The notes: generated by a model from the letters alone, not told the origin. Shown: positions 30,190 to 40,493, counted from the stretch's first letter. The stretch is DNA of 64,000 nt from Anaerolineae bacterium (GCA_963675785.1 OY776562.1:2080001-2144000); one strand, 5' to 3'. A program made the numbers and translations.

Positions 30190-30684
30190 TTAACTATCCT
30201 TTTGTTTGTCTCCTTGTGAGCCATCGCCGTCGACATTCGCCTGAAGAAGCTCCAATCCATTGCGTACCGTCTCCAATACGCGAACCACCTCAGACTCCAT
30301 CACAGCGAGTTGGGCAATAGCGTATTGATCGGCACCAGAGCGAATTTCGTCCGCCTCAGCACGAGCGCTGAGAAGAAGGTTCTTGGCCTCAATCGCAGCC
30401 TGATCGTATAGAGCGTTTTCGTCCAAGATACGATTGGCCTCATCGCGTGCCTCTGCCAAAAGTCGGGCCGCTTCTTCATTGGCTTCTGCCAAAATTCGAT
30501 CGCAGTCCTTTTCCAGGGCTCGGGCCATCTCGATCTCGCGAGGCACTGAAATGCGCATCTGTCCCAGGATACTGCTGGCAATCTCGGGATCGACAAACAC
30601 ATACCGACTTAATGGTACTTTGCGGCCCTCATCCAGCAGCTGTTCCAGTCTGTCGACAAGTTGGAGTATATCGATTCTGATCAC
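30190..30684 (-). CDS. Coiled-coil protein of the family found downstream of coaD (DivIVA/ATP synthase b-like)
   Basis: LVDRLEQL..KVPLS, GADQYA, TVRNG. Confidence 0.75.
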   Translation of the reverse strand: MIRIDILQLVDRLEQLLDEGRKVPLSRYVFVDPEIASSILGQMRISVPREIEMARALEKDCDRILAEANEEAARLLAEARDEANRILDENALYDQAAIEAKNLLLSARAEADEIRSGADQYAIAQLAVMESEVVRVLETVRNGLELLQANVDGDGSQGDKQKDS

Positions 30685-31169
30685 CCCTTCCCTGTAACGA
30701 TCTTGGCGCGAAGTCGTTTCTCAATATCCTCAGGAACAAAGTCTGACATCGAACGGCTGCCCATTGCCAAATCCTTCAAAAGGGTTGAGCTAAGGAACGC
30801 GTGCTCCATACTGGTCATCAAACAAACCATATCGATCCCCGGCGCAAGTTGCCTGTTGGTGAGCGCCATCTGGTATTCGAGCTCGAAATCCGAGATAACA
30901 CGAAGGCCTCGAACGATGACCTGAGCATTGATCTTTTGGCAATAATCAACCGTTAATCCACTATAGCTCGTTACCGTGATGTTGGGAATAGATGCCAAAG
31001 CAGCTGAAGCCATATTAGCCCGTTCTGGAACAGAAAACAACACATTCTTATTCGGACGATCATAGACGCCAACATAGACATGTTCAAATAGCTGCGCCGC
31101 CCTGCGGGCAACATCAATATGGCCATAATGGATGGGATCAAAAGTACCCGGATACAATGCAATTGTCAT
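30681..31169 (-). CDS. coaD: Pantetheine-phosphate adenylyltransferase
   Basis: YPGTFDPIHYGH, RGLRVISDFELE; start MTIALY at 31169. Confidence 0.96.
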   Translation of the reverse strand: MTIALYPGTFDPIHYGHIDVARRAAQLFEHVYVGVYDRPNKNVLFSVPERANMASAALASIPNITVTSYSGLTVDYCQKINAQVIVRGLRVISDFELEYQMALTNRQLAPGIDMVCLMTSMEHAFLSSTLLKDLAMGSRSMSDFVPEDIEKRLRAKIVTGKG

Positions 31170-31176
31170 AGTAGCC

Positions 31177-33597
31177 TCACTCTTTTGGCGCCCTGGCCCA
31201 AAACCGCTTGACCTCGCGGCGCAGCAAGCGATGTTCTTCACTGCGCAAACCAGGGTCTGTTTCATACACTTGAGCAGCCAATTGCCGGGCGATCTCTAGT
31301 GAACGCATATCGCTCAAGTCTGCCACTCGCAGCGCGGGCAAACCGCTTTGCCTTACACCAAAGAAATCGCCGGGGCCGCGTAACTCCAAATCCAATTCGG
31401 CCAATTCAAAGCCGTCATTGCTCGATACCATGGCCTCGAGACGTCTCAAACTCGTTTCCGAAGGATCATCGGACATGAGAATGCAGTAGGATGTAGCAGT
31501 GCCTCGCCCCACCCGTCCACGAAGCTGATGTAACTGCGCCAGCCCGAAACGTTCAGCGTTCTCGACGAGCATCACCGTGGCGTTGGGAATATCGATACCT
31601 ACTTCTATCACGGTAGTTGCTACTAGAATATCATATTCTGTCGCTGCAAACGAGGCCATCACAGCTTCTTTATCTGCCGCGTTCAGCCGCCCATGAACAA
31701 GCCCCACACGCAGATCGGGAAAGATATCGCGTTGCAGACGCTGCTGCTCGCTGGTTGCCGCTACGCCAGAGCCATCCTCATCTGGTTCAACCAATGGACA
31801 TACGACAAAGACCTGATGACCGCATTCCACCTCTTTGCGGATGAATTGATAAATACCATCGCGGGCGCCGCTATCGCGCAACGCCGTAACCACTGGCTTG
31901 CGACCTGCAGGCAATTCGTCCAGCACCGAAACATCCACATCACCATAAACTGTCATGGCCAGAGAACGAGGAATGGGCGTCGCGCTCATTTGCAACATGT
32001 GCGGCTGCAACTCGGCGTCCATCAAACGTGCACGCTGAGCCACGCCAAAGCGGTGTTCTTCATCCACAATAGCCAAGCCTAAATCGGCAAAAGAAACGCT
32101 CTCCTGAATCAATGCATGCGTGCCGATCAACAGGTCTACCTGGCCAGAGGCGGTTAGATCTCGAATGCGCTGCTTTTCCGTCTCGGGCAAACTGCCCGTC
32201 AATAGTTCAATTCGTACCTCGTCATGATCGAGAAGCGCGCTGATGGTTGCATAATGCTGCTCAGCAAGAATGCTGGTAGGGGCCATGATAGCCACCTGTG
32301 TACCGGCAGAAACAGCTGCGAGAGCCGCAGCTACCGCAACTGCCGTTTTACCAGACCCCACATCGCCCTGTAGCATACGGCGCATGGGATGTGGTCGCGC
32401 CATATCGGCCAAAATCGCCTCAACCGCCCGATTCTGGGCTTCTGTGAGAACAAAGGGCAAATTCTGCACATAGCACTCGATGCGAGCCTGATCGATGAAC
32501 AAAGCACGGCCAGGCTGTTGATCCCGCTGCCTTCGGCGTTCAAGCAATCCCACCTGCAAGGCAAGGAATTCGTCTACACATAGCCGCTGACGTGCTGCGG
32601 CCAAAGCCTCCGCCGAACTGGCAAAATGGGCTTCTTGTAGGGCCGTTCGCAGGTCCATCAGTCCAAAGTCTGTTCGCTCCTGTTCGGTCAAGGGATCGTG
32701 CACCCGCACCACCCAGGTTTGCACCATATCGTGCATAATGCGCCTGAATTTGCCAGCCGTGAGCCCTTCAGTGAGGGGATACACTGGAACAAACTCGCCA
32801 GTGTGGATGGGCTGTTGCTCAAGCGGCTCCCAGGCCGGCGACTGCAACCCCACCTGCCCCTTGTACTCGGATACCTCACCACTCACTCGAATCAACTGTC
32901 CGGGCTCGAGTTGGCGAGCAATGTAACGGTTGCCGAACCAGGTAGCTCGAATGGAGCCCGTGTCATCAGAAAGCAGCGTAGTAGCAATGGGGATACGCTG
33001 CCGAGTGTTGTTGACACGAAGCTCTCCGACGGAGACAGAGAGGGTGACCTTTTGGCCGAGCAGAGCATCTCGCACAACACTGTGGGGATAGGCGTCGTGC
33101 CGGCGCGGCAGATGATAGAGCAAATCGCGCACAGTATGAATATCCAGCCGCGTCAGGCTGTCAGCCAGTTTAGGGCCGATGCCGCTGACCGCAGTAGCGG
33201 GGGAATCGAGCGTCGTAGCAGAAGGGCGAGACTTGGTCGCCTTTCTTTGAGGTGGTTGTTCAGCAGGAGCAGGCTGAGGAGCAACACGCCGTGATTGTTG
33301 CTGTTCAGCGGAGCTTGGCTGATCATCGGCTAGCTTTCTCAGAACACGATGAGCCATCAGCCGACGCTGCGCCGGATTGAGTGCGGCATAGCCACCCAGT
33401 TCCTGATTGAGCCAGGCCAACAAACGGCGCTCCTCGTCCGTCGAATTGCTAGACTGGAGCGAATGGCCCCAACTATCAAGAAACGCCGCGATGCCACCCA
33501 TCACGGCGTTATTCTCATAACCCTGTTCATCCTCCAAAGCGAGAATTCGCTCAAGCGCTCGCGCTCTGTCCGATGATCTACTAGCTGTGCTGCTCAT
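31177..33597 (-). CDS. recG: ATP-dependent DNA helicase RecG
   Basis: QGDVGSGKT, DEEHRFG, MSATPIPR, QLRGRVGR; start MSSTAS at 33597. Confidence 0.95.
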   Translation of the reverse strand: MSSTASRSSDRARALERILALEDEQGYENNAVMGGIAAFLDSWGHSLQSSNSTDEERRLLAWLNQELGGYAALNPAQRRLMAHRVLRKLADDQPSSAEQQQSRRVAPQPAPAEQPPQRKATKSRPSATTLDSPATAVSGIGPKLADSLTRLDIHTVRDLLYHLPRRHDAYPHSVVRDALLGQKVTLSVSVGELRVNNTRQRIPIATTLLSDDTGSIRATWFGNRYIARQLEPGQLIRVSGEVSEYKGQVGLQSPAWEPLEQQPIHTGEFVPVYPLTEGLTAGKFRRIMHDMVQTWVVRVHDPLTEQERTDFGLMDLRTALQEAHFASSAEALAAARQRLCVDEFLALQVGLLERRRQRDQQPGRALFIDQARIECYVQNLPFVLTEAQNRAVEAILADMARPHPMRRMLQGDVGSGKTAVAVAAALAAVSAGTQVAIMAPTSILAEQHYATISALLDHDEVRIELLTGSLPETEKQRIRDLTASGQVDLLIGTHALIQESVSFADLGLAIVDEEHRFGVAQRARLMDAELQPHMLQMSATPIPRSLAMTVYGDVDVSVLDELPAGRKPVVTALRDSGARDGIYQFIRKEVECGHQVFVVCPLVEPDEDGSGVAATSEQQRLQRDIFPDLRVGLVHGRLNAADKEAVMASFAATEYDILVATTVIEVGIDIPNATVMLVENAERFGLAQLHQLRGRVGRGTATSYCILMSDDPSETSLRRLEAMVSSNDGFELAELDLELRGPGDFFGVRQSGLPALRVADLSDMRSLEIARQLAAQVYETDPGLRSEEHRLLRREVKRFWARAPKE

Positions 33598-33608
33598 GCC
33601 CTCTCCGC

Positions 33609-34451
33609 TCAGGGTGCGACGATGACTGCCCCCATAGCCTGCGGCCCCACAATCGATCCCCAAACTGGCCCGTAGACATGTTCGGTAAACTGCTTGGAAT
33701 TGGCCACTTCGCTCAACCGCTCTCGAAAGGCCTTGACTTCGGGATTGAGCGATGTATGCACCAGAGACAGATGCTCCCACTCGGTGAATTCCGTAACAAA
33801 CTCTGTCAGGCGATCCACAATCGGCCCCCTGCTGCGCATTTGGAACTGAGGTGTTATAACGCCATCCTCAAGCGTCAGCAGCGGTAGAATGTGACGGCCA
33901 CCATTAACACCAAAATTATAAGTCTCTTGATAGATGCCGCTGTTCTTGAGTGCCTCGGGAGTTGGTACGGCAAAAGCATAATACGTGCGAGAGATCAGAT
34001 CGCGCGCATATTTGACCACATCGTCCAACGAAGCACCGCGAGCTGCGGTTTTGGCAGTTTGAGTGACGATATAGCCCAATGCGTGCGAAACAAAGCGCGT
34101 ATCGATAACCCGGATATCCACCCGCCCAAGCAGTTGATCACGAGCCTGACAGGCCGCAGAGACTGTTGGGTTCATCGCCGAGCTGAGGTGCAGCGAAACA
34201 ATATCGCTAGTCTCATGGCTCAAACGACGGTAGGCTGTCTCAAAACGCTGAGCAGCCGGGGGGCGGACACACAGATGTTCCCTATTCTTGACTACTTGAT
34301 GGAAAAAGTCGCCCGAACAAAAACAAGGGTCATCCGTTATCGTATCAGCGCCTCGGCAGATATCGAGTGGAATAACAGTAATGCCTAGTTCGACGGCCAC
34401 GGAAGGGTCCAATTCGGCAGAACTATCCGTGACTATCCTAACCTGGCTCAT
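33609..34451 (-). CDS. DegV/FakB-family protein, divergent
   Basis: IVTDSSAEL, ITVIPL, SLHLSS, IDTRFVS; lies after fakA. Confidence 0.85.
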   Translation of the reverse strand: MSQVRIVTDSSAELDPSVAVELGITVIPLDICRGADTITDDPCFCSGDFFHQVVKNREHLCVRPPAAQRFETAYRRLSHETSDIVSLHLSSAMNPTVSAACQARDQLLGRVDIRVIDTRFVSHALGYIVTQTAKTAARGASLDDVVKYARDLISRTYYAFAVPTPEALKNSGIYQETYNFGVNGGRHILPLLTLEDGVITPQFQMRSRGPIVDRLTEFVTEFTEWEHLSLVHTSLNPEVKAFRERLSEVANSKQFTEHVYGPVWGSIVGPQAMGAVIVAP

Positions 34452-34497
34452 GGCGCATGCCTCCTGCATAAGCATCTTTGCTTGATTAATGCAGCCC

Positions 34498-36261
34498 TCA
34501 TTCGGCAGAAATGATGTAGAAATAGTGGTCTTGGCCACCGCTAACGACTTCGATTTCGAGGTCAGGATAGAGTTCTTCCATAGCCTCGGCAAGATCTCGC
34601 GCCTCATCTGGCTGAACGTCGTTACCGTAATAGATGGTAATGATCTCGCACTCTTCGAGCGTCATGCGCTCTAGCAATCCCTGTACAATGTGCGTGATAT
34701 CATCGCCAGCATCTACAAGATCACCATCCAACAGACCGATAATCTGTCCCTCGCGAACATCCACACCTTGTATCTCTACAGTGCGGACTGCACGCGTCAC
34801 TTCTGCAGTAGAAACTTGATCGAGGGCTTCCGACATCAGGCGCAGGTTGGTCTCCGGATCAGCCTGGTAGTGGAAGGCCAGCAACGCCGAGATGCCTTGG
34901 GGCACCGTTTTGCTGGGCACGACCACAACATTCTTTTCCGGACACAGCTCCTTTGCCTGTTGAGCCGTAAGGATAATGTTGCTGTTGTTAGGAAGCAAAA
35001 AGACATCTTGACCGGGGACCGCCTGAACAGCAGCGACCAGATCCTGTGTCGATGGGTTCATGGTTTGCCCACCCGCAACAATAGCGCTCACTCCAATGCT
35101 CTCAAAAACGCGCCGCAAGCCATCGCCCGAAACCACAGCAATGATGCTGGTATCCGAGAGATCGTCGTGGATGGCTGCCATCGGAGGTGTGTATTTTGCC
35201 ATCTCTTGGGTATGGGCAGCCTTGAAAACCTCATACTGAAGCTGCATGTTCTCAATGATTACATGGTCTACCTGGCCCTGGCGAACGCCGTAATCCAAGG
35301 CAAGGCCGGGCAAATCACAGTGCACATGCACCTTGATGGTTTCGCTATCGCCGACAACCAGTGTCGAATCACCAAGAGTGTCAATGTGTGCCCGAATCGC
35401 CTCAACGTCCATATTATGGCCAGTAATGATGAACTGGGTGTCATAGTTGTATTGGCCATCAGGAGGCCGAGTAAAATCATGTTCATGATCGAACATGGAT
35501 TCTTCACCCGTTTCGATTGAGACGCCTGTATCTTTGCCCTGAGCAAATCGTTGAATGCCTTCCAGGATATAGGCAAAACCTGTTCCGCCCGAATCCACGC
35601 AGTTGGCCTCCTTGAGGATAGGCAGCAAATTCGGTGTTCGTGTGACAGAAGCATGAGCCTCTTGAACACAAACATCGAGCAAATCGATGAACACCACACC
35701 CGAGGCCACTGCTGCAAGTGCAGCCTCAGCCGTATCGCGCGCCACGGTGAGTATTGTTCCTTCAACCGGCTGCATCACACCCTTATAGGCCGTCTCAGAG
35801 CCAATCAATAAAGCCTGAGCAAGAGAGGGGGCATCCAAATTTCGGGAGCCTTCCAACGATCTAGCCATACCCCGCAAAATCTGTGAAAGGATGACACCCG
35901 AATTACCACGTGCGCCCATCAGAGCACCGTGGGCCACGGCTGCAGCCACATCCGATACGGTGCGACAGTCTCGCGAGTGTACCTCTTCGAGTGCAGCCTT
36001 TATTGTCATGGACATGTTGGTGCCAGTATCCCCATCGGGAACCGGGAATACGTTGAGATCGTTCACCTTGTCCACATGTACCTGAAGCCAGGCAGCACCC
36101 GCCTGTAGTGCCTCATAAAAACGTAGGTGATCCCACGACACGGCGAGCCCCCCCGCAGTGGCCAGGTCCGTCTCAGGGGCGTCGGTACGCTCTGGGAAAA
36201 CGGAATCCGTCATCAGCCTCGATTCCTCCACTATCTCTCTCCTCGGTTGGTGATCAGTCAC
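34498..36261 (-). CDS. fakA: DAK2 domain fatty acid kinase subunit A
   Basis: LNVFPVPDGDTGTNM, GARGNSGVILSQ, VDSGG, GGQTMNPST; exact start uncertain. Confidence 0.92.
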   Translation of the reverse strand: MTDHQPRREIVEESRLMTDSVFPERTDAPETDLATAGGLAVSWDHLRFYEALQAGAAWLQVHVDKVNDLNVFPVPDGDTGTNMSMTIKAALEEVHSRDCRTVSDVAAAVAHGALMGARGNSGVILSQILRGMARSLEGSRNLDAPSLAQALLIGSETAYKGVMQPVEGTILTVARDTAEAALAAVASGVVFIDLLDVCVQEAHASVTRTPNLLPILKEANCVDSGGTGFAYILEGIQRFAQGKDTGVSIETGEESMFDHEHDFTRPPDGQYNYDTQFIITGHNMDVEAIRAHIDTLGDSTLVVGDSETIKVHVHCDLPGLALDYGVRQGQVDHVIIENMQLQYEVFKAAHTQEMAKYTPPMAAIHDDLSDTSIIAVVSGDGLRRVFESIGVSAIVAGGQTMNPSTQDLVAAVQAVPGQDVFLLPNNSNIILTAQQAKELCPEKNVVVVPSKTVPQGISALLAFHYQADPETNLRLMSEALDQVSTAEVTRAVRTVEIQGVDVREGQIIGLLDGDLVDAGDDITHIVQGLLERMTLEECEIITIYYGNDVQPDEARDLAEAMEELYPDLEIEVVSGGQDHYFYIISAE

Positions 36262-36610
36262 TGTTGCTTATGTGCAGGCCCTGGACATGCACATTCACAG
36301 CGGCTACACCCATGCCGAGTGTCTTTTCCATGTCAAACTTGACCGTCTGCATAATATTGCGGGCCACTTCTGAGATGCGCATACCGTATTCTAGAACAAC
36401 ATAGAGGTCGATTTCGATACGGCTATCGACGACTCGAACCTGAACTCCACGGTGACAATTTTCCACCTGGAGGATCTCGGCAATTCCGTCTGTAACATTA
36501 TTGGCTGCCATGCCCACTACACCATAACAATTCAGCACAGCATGGCTGGCAACGCTGGCAATGGCGTGGGGTGTAATCTCGATCTTGCCCGTTGGAGAGT
36601 CTGTGCTCAT
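36254..36610 (-). CDS. Asp23/Gls24-family protein (YloU-like)
   Basis: GKIEIT..CYGVVGMA..VNVHVQG; ATG 36610 after GAGGAG. Confidence 0.9.
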   Translation of the reverse strand: MSTDSPTGKIEITPHAIASVASHAVLNCYGVVGMAANNVTDGIAEILQVENCHRGVQVRVVDSRIEIDLYVVLEYGMRISEVARNIMQTVKFDMEKTLGMGVAAVNVHVQGLHISNSD

Positions 36611-36730
36611 TGAGCAGCTCCTCGCTTGCGTTTTTACAGATAGCTTTTGATATGGTATCATAACCCTTGGCTGAGGGCCAAATAATGCGGGCGCACGATG
36701 TGCGGCCCCTTCACCGTAGGAGGATATAGA

Positions 36731-36916
36731 ATGGCAAAGTGTGAGATCTGTGGCAAGGGGCCCACATTTGGGAACAACGTCAGCCACTCTAAGGTACATA
36801 CCAAGCGACGTTGGTCACCCAATCTGCAAAAAGTTACGCTGACTCGCGACGGTCGCAAGAAGCGAATGACTGTTTGCACGCGTTGCCTGCGCACTATTAA
36901 CAACAAGGGCCTCTAA
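36731..36916 (+). CDS. rpmB: 50S ribosomal protein L28
   Basis: [35 protein letters not shown]. Confidence 0.97.
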   Translation: MAKCEICGKGPTFGNNVSHSKVHTKRRWSPNLQKVTLTRDGRKKRMTVCTRCLRTINNKGL

Positions 36917-36927
36917 ACCCGAACTTA

Positions 36928-36962
36928 ACCCCGGCTGGTGCAAACCAGTCGGGGGTTTTCTT
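36928..36962 (+). terminator. Intrinsic terminator after rpmB
   Basis: ccccggctggt/accagtcgggg stem followed by ttttc. Confidence 0.8.
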
Positions 36963-36965
36963 TGC

Positions 36966-37643
36966 CTACAGGGCAGCAGCAATCATTTCGCGGAACCCGG
37001 CCATCGCCGCAGCAATACCCTCGGGTGCACCGAAAACAGCCGAGCCCATGACGAGCACATTCGCGCCAGCGCCAACAGCATCTGCCAGGGTGCTAGCGTT
37101 GATGCCACCGTCCACCTCAATATCACAAACCAAACCCCGCTCATCGAGCATAGCCCGTAAACGCCGCACCTTGTCCAACGCAGCTGGGATCAACTTTTGC
37201 CCGCCAAAACCAGGGTTCACCGTCATAATCAACACCTGATCCACGTCAGGAAGAATTTCCTCCAGAGTGCAAAGCGGCGTCGCCGGATTGAGCACCACCC
37301 CCGGGCGCACGCCAAACTCGCGAATCTGCTGAATAGTTCGATGAAGGTGCGGACAAGTCTCGACCTGCACCATCAACGTCTGTGCCCCGGCCTCACAGAA
37401 TGCGGAAATATAGCGCTCGGGCTTTTCGATCATCAAATGAACATCCATTGGCAGATGCGTTATGGGTTTGAGCGACTGCATGACCAGTGGGCCAATGGTG
37501 ATGTTGGGCACAAAATGCCCATCCATCACATCTATGTGAACACGGTCGGCACCGGCTCGTTCCGCTTCCAGCACCTGTTCGCCCAACTTGGCAAAATCAG
37601 CCGAAAGAATCGATGGGGCAATCTCGATTTTGTTGCTGTTCAT
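36966..37643 (-). CDS. rpe: Ribulose-phosphate 3-epimerase
   Basis: APSILSADF, HIDVMDGHFVPN, MTVNPGFGGQ, EVDGG. Confidence 0.96.
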   Translation of the reverse strand: MNSNKIEIAPSILSADFAKLGEQVLEAERAGADRVHIDVMDGHFVPNITIGPLVMQSLKPITHLPMDVHLMIEKPERYISAFCEAGAQTLMVQVETCPHLHRTIQQIREFGVRPGVVLNPATPLCTLEEILPDVDQVLIMTVNPGFGGQKLIPAALDKVRRLRAMLDERGLVCDIEVDGGINASTLADAVGAGANVLVMGSAVFGAPEGIAAAMAGFREMIAAAL

Positions 37644-37660
37644 GATTCGACAACCTCATT

Positions 37661-38722
37661 TCATGATTCATCGCTGTGATGATGCGCACGAAGCTGCCCA
37701 CAGGCGGCGAGAATATCGGTGCCGCGAGACAGACGCACGGTGGTCTCGATACCCTGTTTGACCAACACATCCTGGAAAGCCCGCACAGCAACCGCCGTTG
37801 GTGGTGGATAATCAAAACCTGGCGTCGTGTTTAGGGGTATCAGATTGACATGGGCAAGTGTTCGCCGCAGCAATTGCACTAGAGCACGAGCATGTTCAGG
37901 GCCGTCGTTCAGTCCACCAATGAGCATATACTCATAGGTTGGCCTTCGACCAGTTTTTTCAGCAAAAGCCTGCACCGCAGAAACAAGTACGCCGATTGGG
38001 TAGCGATCGTTCAAAGGTACTAATCTGCTGCGCAACGTGTCATCAGCAGCATGGAGCGAGATAGCCAGCCCCATCTGCGTGCCCTCGGCTGTCAATCGCT
38101 CAATACCCGGCACATAACCAGCCGTAGAGAGTGTAAACCGCCGCGCGCCCATGTTCAAGCCGTTCTCATCCTCCAAAATGGATACCGCTTTGAGCACGGC
38201 ATCGTAATTCAGTAGCGGCTCGCCCATGCCCATGAATACCACGTTGGTTACCAGAGCATCTTGTGCAGCCAGTTCCCGCGAAAAATGCAGCACCTGCCCG
38301 GAAATTTCACCAGCAGATAGATTCCGTTCAAATCCGTTCTGGCCCGTTGCGCAAAAGGCGCAACCGATAGGGCAACCCACCTGAGTGGATACACAGACTG
38401 TGTTGCGGCGCTCATAACGCATGAGTACCGCCTCGACCAAAGCGCCGTCTCTAGCAGATAGCAATACCTTTTTCGTCTGGCCATCTTTAGATTCGAGTTC
38501 GGATGCCAGAGCAAAAGGCCGCAGAATGGCTTGCTCATCCAGGCGCTTGCGTAGCGCCACTGGTAGATTGACCATTACTTCAGAGTCAGTCTCTAATCGT
38601 GAATAGAGCCAGCCCCAAAGCTGGCGAGCACGAAAGCGAGGCTCTCCCCAGGTTAGGAGGAGAGCCTGTAATTCGTTCAGGTTCATGTCGTAAATGGCAA
38701 TACGTCCATCGTTTGCCGCCAA
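37661..38722 (-). CDS. rlmN: 23S rRNA (adenine-C2) methyltransferase RlmN
   Basis: CVSTQVGCPIGCAFC, MGMGEP, ISLHA, AACGQL. Confidence 0.95.
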   Translation of the reverse strand: MAANDGRIAIYDMNLNELQALLLTWGEPRFRARQLWGWLYSRLETDSEVMVNLPVALRKRLDEQAILRPFALASELESKDGQTKKVLLSARDGALVEAVLMRYERRNTVCVSTQVGCPIGCAFCATGQNGFERNLSAGEISGQVLHFSRELAAQDALVTNVVFMGMGEPLLNYDAVLKAVSILEDENGLNMGARRFTLSTAGYVPGIERLTAEGTQMGLAISLHAADDTLRSRLVPLNDRYPIGVLVSAVQAFAEKTGRRPTYEYMLIGGLNDGPEHARALVQLLRRTLAHVNLIPLNTTPGFDYPPPTAVAVRAFQDVLVKQGIETTVRLSRGTDILAACGQLRAHHHSDES

Positions 38723-38726
38723 CTGC

Positions 38727-39446
38727 CTAGTCCCTTCTACGGTTCAAGAGCGTCATATAATAGAGCAGGGTTGAAAGCGCCTGCACTGCTGCGGCCACAT
38801 AGGTCATAGCCGCGGCACTGAGCACCTTTTTCACCTGCGCTTGTTCTTCTACGGTGGTCAAGCCACTTTGCTGAAGTAATACCATGGCCCGCCGAGAGGC
38901 ATCGAACTCGACCGGTAACGTGACCAAGGCAAAAACCAGCGTAAGCGAAAAGAGTACCAGCCCGACAAGAGAAAGATTCGATGAAGCAAAGAGCATGCCA
39001 ACGATAAAGAGAAGAGGGCCCAGCCAGGAACCAACTTTTACAGCAGGCACAATGGCGCTGCGCAGTTTAAGCGGCACATAACCCTGGCTATCTTGCATGG
39101 CGTGCCCAATCTCGTGGGCAACAATACCAAGAGAAGCCACCGAAGGCACCTGAGCTACGTCGCGGCTCAGATAGAGCTTTTTATCGCGCGGGTTATAGTT
39201 ATCAGAAAGGGTTCCGCTGGTAAGGGCCACACCGACGCCCTGCTGCTGATCTCCCAGACCGGCGCTTTCGAGCCCAGCGGTACGCAAGAGCACCTGCGCC
39301 GCTTCCTGCCCGCTGATATTCCGTAGATTGCGCACCTTGCTGTACTTGGTATATGCCGATCGAACACGGGCCTGCGCAATCATCCCCAGAATAAGCGCGG
39401 GAAGTGCAAACAAATAGTAGATTGGATCAAACACAGGCCAATACAT
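38727..39446 (-). CDS. YugP-like membrane zinc metallopeptidase
   Basis: AHEIGHAMQ, TLPVEFDASRRA, AAMTYVA. Confidence 0.92.
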   Translation of the reverse strand: MYWPVFDPIYYLFALPALILGMIAQARVRSAYTKYSKVRNLRNISGQEAAQVLLRTAGLESAGLGDQQQGVGVALTSGTLSDNYNPRDKKLYLSRDVAQVPSVASLGIVAHEIGHAMQDSQGYVPLKLRSAIVPAVKVGSWLGPLLFIVGMLFASSNLSLVGLVLFSLTLVFALVTLPVEFDASRRAMVLLQQSGLTTVEEQAQVKKVLSAAAMTYVAAAVQALSTLLYYMTLLNRRRD

Positions 39447-39477
39447 GATGAATACTCCTACTCGTAACGATTGACCC

Positions 39478-39508
39478 CATATTGTACAACGACGCTACAA
39501 TATGTCAA
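39478..39508 (-). promoter_or_regulatory. Sigma70 promoter (TTGACA-N16-TACAAT) overlapped by a perfect 9-9-9 inverted repeat
   Basis: CATATTGTA-N9-TACAATATG at 39478-39504. Confidence 0.65.
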
Positions 39509-39512
39509 GTTA

Positions 39513-40325
39513 TTACCTTGTAGAGCAGCTAGTAGCCTTGCGCCAGGCATCGAGCAATTCCGCCAGATCAGCAAAGACGTAATCGGGCGCCGATTCGTAA
39601 GCAACGGCCTCTTCAGCCGAATTGACCCCGGTTAGCACCATGATGCTGGTAAGCCCTGCTCGATTGCCGCCAAGAATGTCCGTATCCAAGCGGTCACCCA
39701 GGATGGCCGTCTCTTCGGGTTTGCTATTCATCAGGCGCATAGATTGTTCAAAAATGATGGGTTCCGGTTTGCCGATGACCAGCGGTTGGGTATCGGTAGC
39801 GGCGATGAGTGAAGCCAAAATGCTGCCCGCCCCCGGGATCAATCCCTCTTCGATAGGATAGGTCTTGTCGGCGTTGGTGCCGATGAAGGTAGCCCCGGCG
39901 CGAATGGCCAAACAAGCCGTAGCCAGCTTTTGATAGGTGATGGTTTTATCCCAGCCGCAGACCACGTAATCCGCATCCTTACCAGCCAGCGTGAAACCGC
40001 GCTTTTCCATTTCATGCGAGAGCGCCGGCTCCCCCACAACATTCACTTTGGCCCCTGCAGGCGCGATCGTCGTAAGGTACTCCGCCGTTGCTACGCCAGA
40101 GGTGATGATCTCGTCTTCTTTCACGTCGATGCCAAAACCAGCCATGCGTTTGACAAACTCGTCCTGTGTGGCCGTCGAGTTGTTGGTTACCATCAGAAAC
40201 TTTATACCGCGCTCTTTAAGAAATCGCATGAGCTCGGGGCCGCCAGGCAGCCCCGTCTTGCCGCGATAAAGCACGCCGTCCATATCGATGAGCAGCGTGC
40301 GAATTGATGCAAGGTCAGTGGCCAT
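39513..40325 (-). CDS. HAD-IIA (NagD-like) phosphatase
   Basis: DMDGVLY, TNNS, IGKP, GDRLDTDI. Confidence 0.93.
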   Translation of the reverse strand: MATDLASIRTLLIDMDGVLYRGKTGLPGGPELMRFLKERGIKFLMVTNNSTATQDEFVKRMAGFGIDVKEDEIITSGVATAEYLTTIAPAGAKVNVVGEPALSHEMEKRGFTLAGKDADYVVCGWDKTITYQKLATACLAIRAGATFIGTNADKTYPIEEGLIPGAGSILASLIAATDTQPLVIGKPEPIIFEQSMRLMNSKPEETAILGDRLDTDILGGNRAGLTSIMVLTGVNSAEEAVAYESAPDYVFADLAELLDAWRKATSCSTR

Positions 40326-40458
40326 AACTCACTCCCTGTTCAGGTTACATTAGCAAACATTCTCACCGAGTATACCACAGCCTGAAACAAGGCTTCGAAT
40401 GAACCGAAATACCACATTATATCTGTATCCTTTATTGCGTTCTTGACGCAAAATACCC

Positions 40459-40487
40459 TTGACCAACGAGGTGATAAAGACTATAAT
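40459..40487 (+). promoter_or_regulatory. Sigma70 promoter upstream of the structured leader and sigma gene
   Basis: TTGACC-N17-TATAAT. Confidence 0.8.
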
Positions 40488-40493
40488 CATACT

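Noticed and set aside
33598-33780. N-terminal extensions in the ORF track (recG, degV, coaD, asp23, amidohydrolase, garR-like, MBL)
   Set aside because: They overlap upstream genes or promoters; downstream starts with an RBS fit the family N-termini better.
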